Positions 32,052 to 37,240 of a stretch of DNA of 37,240 nt are shown here, piece by piece. How positions within the stretch are numbered: the stretch's first letter is position 1; each line of letters starts with the position of its first letter. Below the pieces are notes generated by a model, which was not told where the DNA came from, did no database searches, and saw only the letters and a list, made by a program, of their open reading frames with translations. A program made the translations under genes and the position numbers. This DNA is from a bacterium (GTDB lineage Bacteria > UBP14 > UBA6098 > B30-G16). Location: contig JAUXEQ010000001.1 in assembly GCA_030620455.1 (NCBI GenBank), positions 1 to 37,240 on the forward strand, given 5' to 3'.

Positions 32052-34384
32052 ATGAGAATGAAATGGTGCAAATTTTTAGCATGTCTCCTCGGAATTATAC
32101 TATCACTGTGTAGCATCTCCTTCGCACAAAATACAAGAATCAATAAAATCACTGTTGTTGGAACGGAATTCACCAGTCCGGAACTTGTTCGAGTCAATTC
32201 TGGACTTGCAGAAAACCAATTGTTCTCCACTTTAGCTCTCCAGGACGCCGTAAGAAGCATTTATGCTCTTGGAAGCTATGACGATGCAAAAATCCTTGTT
32301 AGCAAAGGTCCCTATGGCTTCGATATTGAAATTCACGTGCATGAACTTCTTCGAGTTGGAAAAATTGAATTTTCAGGTAATAAAAAGATAAAAGATGATA
32401 AACTTGTGAAAGTTATTGGATTTGGGAAAAATGCATTTTTATCAAAATCGAAGATTTTTAACGCTGTTAATTCAGTAAAATCAAAATATTCAAGCGAGGG
32501 ATATGCTGGAGTAACTGTTAAATATGATGCAAAAAAAGCAGATCCGGGATATGTAGACATCGAATTTAAAATCGACGAAGTTAAGACTTCAAGAATCATC
32601 TCGATAGAGTTTGAAGGGAATGAAATTTATTCTGATAGGAAACTTCGTTCTTTAATGGATTCAAAGCAAAAAAGTATCTTAAGAAGTGGAAAATTTGACA
32701 AGCAAAAGTACGATGAAGATCTTCTAAAGATTGAAGATTTATACAGGAACAAAGGATATATAACCGCAGAAATCATAAAAGACTCTATTGGTCGTGTTGC
32801 TGATGGTATTAACATTACAATTTGGATTGAAGAAGGTGAAAAGTTTTACTATAAAGGAATTAGCTTCACAGGTAATGCAAAATTCACAGACGATGAATTG
32901 CTATCAAAAGTAAAGTTGAAAAAAGGAGATGTTTTTAGCCAAAAAAACTTGAAAATACTATTCAAGATATCTACTTTGCATACACAGATGATGGATACAT
33001 CCATGCAAGAGTCGAGCCAAATAGAAAAATCTCTGGGGATAGTGTTAGCCTCGATGTTTCTATCGATGAAGGTCCTCGAGCAAGGATTCGATACCTATAT
33101 ATCGAAGGAAACAATCGAACATTTGAAAACGTGATTAGGCGAGAAGTGATTCTTTTCCCAGGTCAGATTTTTAAACGCGACTTATTATTCATCAGCCAAC
33201 GCAATGTATATTTCTTAAACTTTTTTGAAGATGTCGTACCTGAGTTTAAGGTTTTGCCTAATGGCGATGTCGATCTCACACTTAAAGTTACGGAAAAACC
33301 GATTGGTCGATTTCAGATTGGTGCTGCATATAATGCGAGAGATAAATTAGTGGGAACAATTTCCATTGGATACCCTAATGTTTTGGGTCGAGGGTGGAAT
33401 ACGGATGTTATGTTTGAATTCGGAAAATTAAGAAACAATCTTTCGCTATCATTCACCGAACCCTGGCTCTTCAATACTCCTACAAGTTCCGGGTTTGATA
33501 TTTACAACACAACAACTGAATGGGAAGGTAATTACACAGAATTAAGACGAGGTGGAGCAATACGTCTTGGTCGGAAACTTTTCAAACCAAGGTATTTCTC
33601 AGTCTATGCTCGATACAAACTTGAATCTGTTAAATATTTTAACATATCAGATAGTTATATTCCCTCACCATCTTATGACATTCGAGCTATCGACTGGCCA
33701 CAATCCGAATCCTCGCTTATGCTTACAATTCAACGCGACAGCAGAGATTCACGTCTATTTGCTTCAAAAGGAAGCAAAAACTCGATTAGTTTAGAAAATT
33801 CTGGTGGTTTTATCGGCGGACAAATTGATTTTCAAAAATTTTGGTTCAAATCGGATTGGTACTTTCCGCTTCATAAATACCTGACTTTTGTGGCAAAAGG
33901 ACATTTGGGACTGCTAACAAACTTATATGGCAATTCTGAGAAAGTTCCATATGGCGAAAGATTCTATCCTGGAGGAATAAGCTTTGATGGTCAAATTCGA
34001 GGTTATAACGACCGATCCGTTGGTCCAATACTTCACACCGAACCTATTTACGATTCTATAGCTATACCTGACGCTAATGGAAATTTACCACTTATAAGAT
34101 CCTCATACGATTATCGAGCTGGTGGAAGAGCAGTTCTGATACTAACGTCTGAACTTCGAGTTCCTCTTATTAAAGATCAATTATATTTTGCTACATTTGT
34201 AGATGCAGGAAATGCTTGGATGAAGCCTGAACAAATTAACGTTAGAAAACTGGTAACTGGTGCAGGTTTTGGAGTGAGATTTGTAGTTCCTATGATGGGT
34301 ATTATGGGATTAGATTTTGGTTGGGGATTTGACAGGGAGAAACCGGATTGGCAAATACATTTCCAGATTGGACCGGAATTTTAA
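32052..34384 (+). CDS. bamA: Outer membrane protein assembly factor BamA, interrupted by a 1-nt frameshift in an A7 run (track ORFs 32052..33134 and 33131..34384)
   Basis: Signal peptide followed by POTRA repeats (KITVVGTEF...; IEFSGNKKIKDDKL; IEFEGNEIYSDRKLRSLM; ISFTGNAKFTDDELL). After 32947 the homologous reading continues in the -1 frame (KKLENTIQDIYFAYTDDGYIHARVEPN...IEGNNRTFENVIRRE). It runs into the Omp85 barrel (FGVRFVVPMMGIMGLDFGWGF...IHFQIGPEF). A full-length product would be about 777 aa. Confidence 0.85.
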
Positions 34385-34555
34385 TAATTTCAATGAGATC
34401 TATATTTTTAAACTGTATTCATTTACTTTCTTTATATCAATTGAAACATTATTATTGAATAACCAGATTAAATATTAGTATATTTTCAGATACTGTTACA
34501 AACTGTTGCGTGATAAAAGTTAAAAGGCTTTCTTCATCCATTCAGGAGATATTTC

Positions 34556-35479
34556 ATGAGTCCTAAAAAAGTAGTAATAATTATTTTAGCTGTTATTGCA
34601 GCAGTTTTTATATGGTTCCATGTTGTTACAGAACGAGTATACACCTACACATTCACTTTTTCAGTTCGAACAACTGGAAATGTTGCAAAGAACTTCGTCT
34701 TAGCAAGCGAATTACCCGAGAGTTTACAGGTTGTCATTAACGGTCGAGGAAAAGACCTAATCAGTCAATTTCAAACCAAAGGCGAAATAATTATAGATTT
34801 GAATAAATTATCATATGGTAAAAAGACTATCGATCTTAAGGAGGAAAAAGCTATTCTCGCATCACCAAAATTAACTGTTGTTAATATTAAACCTTCAAGC
34901 GAGATTGAAATACTCCTGGATAGATTGAAATCCAAGGAAGTTCCGGTTAACTCAAAACTTGAGATAATACCTGAAACTGGATTTGTAGTAAGCAGTGAAC
35001 TTGTATTCAGCCCCGAAAAAGTGATAATTTATGGACCAGAAAAGCAAATTTCAGAAATTGATAAGGTTTATACTGTTCAGGAGACACTTGTTAATTTTAA
35101 TATATCTACTTCAAAACCTATTCCACTAGAAATGATTTCAAAGCTAATCCATGCGAGCACTGAAACCGTTATTGTTAGTATCGAAATCGAAGAGCTATCA
35201 GAAAAAAGTTTGGCAGAAATTCCTATAGTAATAAGAAAAGCACCTTCAAGGCCAGGTTATACAATACCAAGAAGTACAAAAGTAAAGCTTAGCGGTCCGA
35301 AAAGCATGATAGATAATTTAACCGCTAAAAATATTGAAGTCTATTTTTATTATCAGGAATATTCTCGAAAAAATAACGGTATTGTACAGTTAAAAGTCGA
35401 TGCGCCTAAGCCTATTCAGGTCATATTACTTGACCCAGAGGAAGTTAAATTTGTACCTCGAAAAATTTCTACAGATTAA
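34556..35479 (+). CDS. YbbR-like (CdaR-type) repeat-domain membrane protein
   Basis: N-terminal TM (VVIIILAVIAAVFIWFHVV) followed by three ~90-aa repeats with YbbR-like signatures (LQVVINGRGKDLISQF...IIIDLNKLSYGKKTIDL; KVIIYGPEKQISEIDKVYT; KVKLSGPKSMIDNLTAKNIEVYF). Confidence 0.6.
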   Translation: MSPKKVVIIILAVIAAVFIWFHVVTERVYTYTFTFSVRTTGNVAKNFVLASELPESLQVVINGRGKDLISQFQTKGEIIIDLNKLSYGKKTIDLKEEKAILASPKLTVVNIKPSSEIEILLDRLKSKEVPVNSKLEIIPETGFVVSSELVFSPEKVIIYGPEKQISEIDKVYTVQETLVNFNISTSKPIPLEMISKLIHASTETVIVSIEIEELSEKSLAEIPIVIRKAPSRPGYTIPRSTKVKLSGPKSMIDNLTAKNIEVYFYYQEYSRKNNGIVQLKVDAPKPIQVILLDPEEVKFVPRKISTD

Positions 35480-35490
35480 TTAATAGATTA

Positions 35491-36492
35491 ATGAAAGTTT
35501 TAGGTATTGAAACATCGTGCGACGAAACCGCAGTCTCGATTATAGAGAACAGCGCTATTCTTTCTGAACAAGTTTACAGTCAAACTGTTCACGAATCTCT
35601 TGGGGGTGTTGTCCCAGAATTAGCGAGCAGAGATCACATAAGAAAATTATACGTTCTTGCATGGGAAATTCTCGATAAATCTGGGCTTGCAATTAGTGAC
35701 ATCGACGCAATTGCAGTAACTGCAGGACCAGGATTACCCGGATCGCTCATAATAGGCGTTTCATTTGCAAAAGCCATAGCGTTAATGAATGAAATACCAA
35801 TTATAGCAATAAATCACCTTGAGGGACACATATTTGGCGTCAAGCTTTCACATAAAATAACGCCACCTTTCTTGGCACTGCTTGTTTCGGGAGGACATAC
35901 TGAACTTATATACGTTCATAATTGGGGTGATTATAAGCTTTTAGGCACAACAAGAGATGATGCTGCAGGTGAAGCTCTCGATAAAGCCGCAAAGGTCATT
36001 GGATTATCGTATCCTGGAGGTCCAGAAATTCAGAAAATTGCGGAAAACGGGGATCCCAAATCATTCCGGTTCCCTATAGCTATGCTTCATTCAAACGATT
36101 TCGATTTCTCGTTTTCAGGCCTTAAAACAGCGTTTGCACTAACAATCCGAAAATTAGGCATTGAAAAAACCAAAAGAAATCTCGCAAATATATTGGCTTC
36201 CTATCAGGATGCTATTGTGGATTCACTTCTTTTGAAGCTCGATAGAGCAAGTAAAAAATTTGGCATAAATAAAATTGTCATAAGCGGAGGTGTGGCAGCA
36301 AGTAAAAGACTACGAGAAAAAGCAACATTCAAAAATTGGGAACTCTATATGCCAGAAACTAAATACTGCACAGATAACGCTTCAATGATTGCATTAGCTG
36401 GAGAGTTCTATTTGCTTAAAGGTCAACAAACACCGATGAACTTCCCAATTAATTCCTCATGGATATTGGGAATCCCTTTATCGATGAAATAA
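35491..36492 (+). CDS. tsaD: tRNA N6-adenosine threonylcarbamoyltransferase TsaD
   Basis: MKVLGIETSCDETAVSI, NHLEGHI, LLVSGGHTEL, DDAAGEALDKAAK and SGGVAAS are Kae1/TsaD family signatures. 333 aa. Confidence 0.95.
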   Translation: MKVLGIETSCDETAVSIIENSAILSEQVYSQTVHESLGGVVPELASRDHIRKLYVLAWEILDKSGLAISDIDAIAVTAGPGLPGSLIIGVSFAKAIALMNEIPIIAINHLEGHIFGVKLSHKITPPFLALLVSGGHTELIYVHNWGDYKLLGTTRDDAAGEALDKAAKVIGLSYPGGPEIQKIAENGDPKSFRFPIAMLHSNDFDFSFSGLKTAFALTIRKLGIEKTKRNLANILASYQDAIVDSLLLKLDRASKKFGINKIVISGGVAASKRLREKATFKNWELYMPETKYCTDNASMIALAGEFYLLKGQQTPMNFPINSSWILGIPLSMK

Positions 36493-36502
36493 GAGGAGCG
36501 AA

Positions 36503-37012
36503 ATGAAAGGTACACCTGTATATCAAGAATTTCAAGGTTTATCAATGGTTCTTAAGATTCTTATAACAGCAGGTTTAATAATCATGGCATGGTATGCATT
36601 TATAAGTCAAATTATTTTGGAAATTCCGTTTGGAAAAAATCCTACACCAGATGCAATTCTTATCATAATATGGATTTTCTTGGGAATCATTTTACCTCTA
36701 TGTTTTATTTTTGGTGGACTTAAAATAATTATTGCCACCGATGGTGTTTATATTTCAATGTTTTGGGTATTTAAGAAATATTTGCCATACGACAGTATTA
36801 AAACATATAAGGTACTCTCTATAAATCCAGTAAGAGATTTTGGTGGAATCGGTTACAAAATTAGTCCAAAATATGGCGTAGGATTTATCATGTCAGGAAA
36901 AGAGGGAATTCAATTCGAACTTAATAACAATAAAAAAATATTCGTTACAACAACGCAAAAGGACAAATTTCTCGAAGCTTTACGGATGTTTATTAAAGTT
37001 AAAGAAGGATAA
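36503..37012 (+). CDS. Small membrane protein, function unknown (two TM helices plus a soluble, possibly PH-like, C-terminal domain)
   Basis: GAGGAG SD just upstream. TM helices ILITAGLIIMAWYAFISQIIL and ILIIIWIFLGIILPLCFIFGGL. I recognised no family with confidence. Confidence 0.55.
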   Translation: MKGTPVYQEFQGLSMVLKILITAGLIIMAWYAFISQIILEIPFGKNPTPDAILIIIWIFLGIILPLCFIFGGLKIIIATDGVYISMFWVFKKYLPYDSIKTYKVLSINPVRDFGGIGYKISPKYGVGFIMSGKEGIQFELNNNKKIFVTTTQKDKFLEALRMFIKVKEG

Positions 37013-37129
37013 TGGGCTTTTAAGCATATTTGCAATAATAACCAATAAATAATAGCAAAATTCAAATAAAGATTAAGTAAAAAACGTGATTTTTGTGTAT
37101 AGTTTCTCGTTCAAAACCATAGATATTTT

Positions 37130-37240
37130 TTATCGGGTTTCCTTGTGCAATGTATGCTTTTTATCCTTTGGACAATACTTCATTAATTTAAGTCTATCGG
37201 GTGTATTTATTTTATTCTTCTGTGTAATGTAAGTGCGCGA
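37130..37240 (-). CDS. rpmG: 50S ribosomal protein L33, 3' fragment (36 codons plus stop; 5' end beyond the window)
   Basis: Not in the ORF track because it is truncated. The reverse complement from 37240 reads [36 protein letters not shown], matching the L33 C-terminal pattern (Y.T.KNK.....KLEL.KYCP...KHT.HKE.K). Confidence 0.75.
   Translation of the reverse strand, partial: SRTYITQKNKINTPDRLKLMKYCPKDKKHTLHKETR

Noticed and set aside
32948-33134. C-terminal tail of the first bamA ORF (…LKILFKISTLHTQMMDTSMQ…) and the GTG start at 33131 of the second ORF
   Set aside because: The tail is out-of-frame read-through after the A7 frameshift. The homologous BamA sequence is continuous in the other frame from 32942, so 33131 is not a real start.
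1-37240. CRISPR arrays, IS elements, prophage or defence islands anywhere in the window
   Set aside because: I saw no regularly spaced direct repeats, no transposase/integrase/recombinase-like ORFs, and no recognisable restriction, toxin-antitoxin or abortive-infection gene motifs. The lone SbcD-like nuclease has housekeeping-type motifs and context.

Overview
AT-rich bacterial chromosomal window from a diderm organism. I recognised no rRNA, CRISPR array, transposase, integrase or phage gene. Gene orientation flips once, at about 28.14-28.23 kb: everything to the left is on the minus strand and everything to the right is on the plus strand. The right arm is housekeeping: tRNA-Lys(TTT), lspA, rpsO (TTG start behind a perfect TTGACA-17-TACAAT promoter), pnp, rplU, bamA (broken by a 1-nt frameshift in an A7 run), a YbbR-domain protein, tsaD, a small membrane protein, and the 3' end of rpmG converging from the window edge. 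The left arm starts with ftsK, followed by the interesting part, a ~19.5 kb co-directional block. In order it encodes a secreted, degenerate Memo-AMMECR1 fusion and an M23 peptidase. Next come two giant surface proteins (1160 and 1537 aa), each ending in a T9SS-type/FlgD-Ig-like C-terminal sorting domain (CTD), and a PorV/PorQ-like outer-membrane barrel fused to a TPR domain. Then follows an ExbB/TolQ-like stator subunit with a signal peptide and a cargo-like FN3-type periplasmic module, two ExbD/TolR paralogues and a TonB_C-like lipoprotein. The block ends with a 1101-aa TPR-PEGA-NHL-propeller protein and is closed by an intrinsic terminator. Downstream lie an orphan sbcD-like nuclease, dapA and dapB. 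After them come a 609-aa secreted protein (translationally coupled to dapB, sharing a ~150-aa GWNL...GYWILSIVD domain with one giant), tRNA-Thr(CGT) and a truncated lipoprotein gene. Main hypothesis: the block encodes a T9SS-related (or Agl/Glt-like) apparatus for surface-protein export, adhesion or motility, driven by a Ton/Tol-type motor, with no canonical GldKLMN/SprA genes present locally. Strong GGAGG Shine-Dalgarno sites argue against classical Bacteroidota. An uncultivated FCB-type candidate phylum is plausible but cannot be assigned from this window. All domain calls come from motif recognition by eye, not from database searches.
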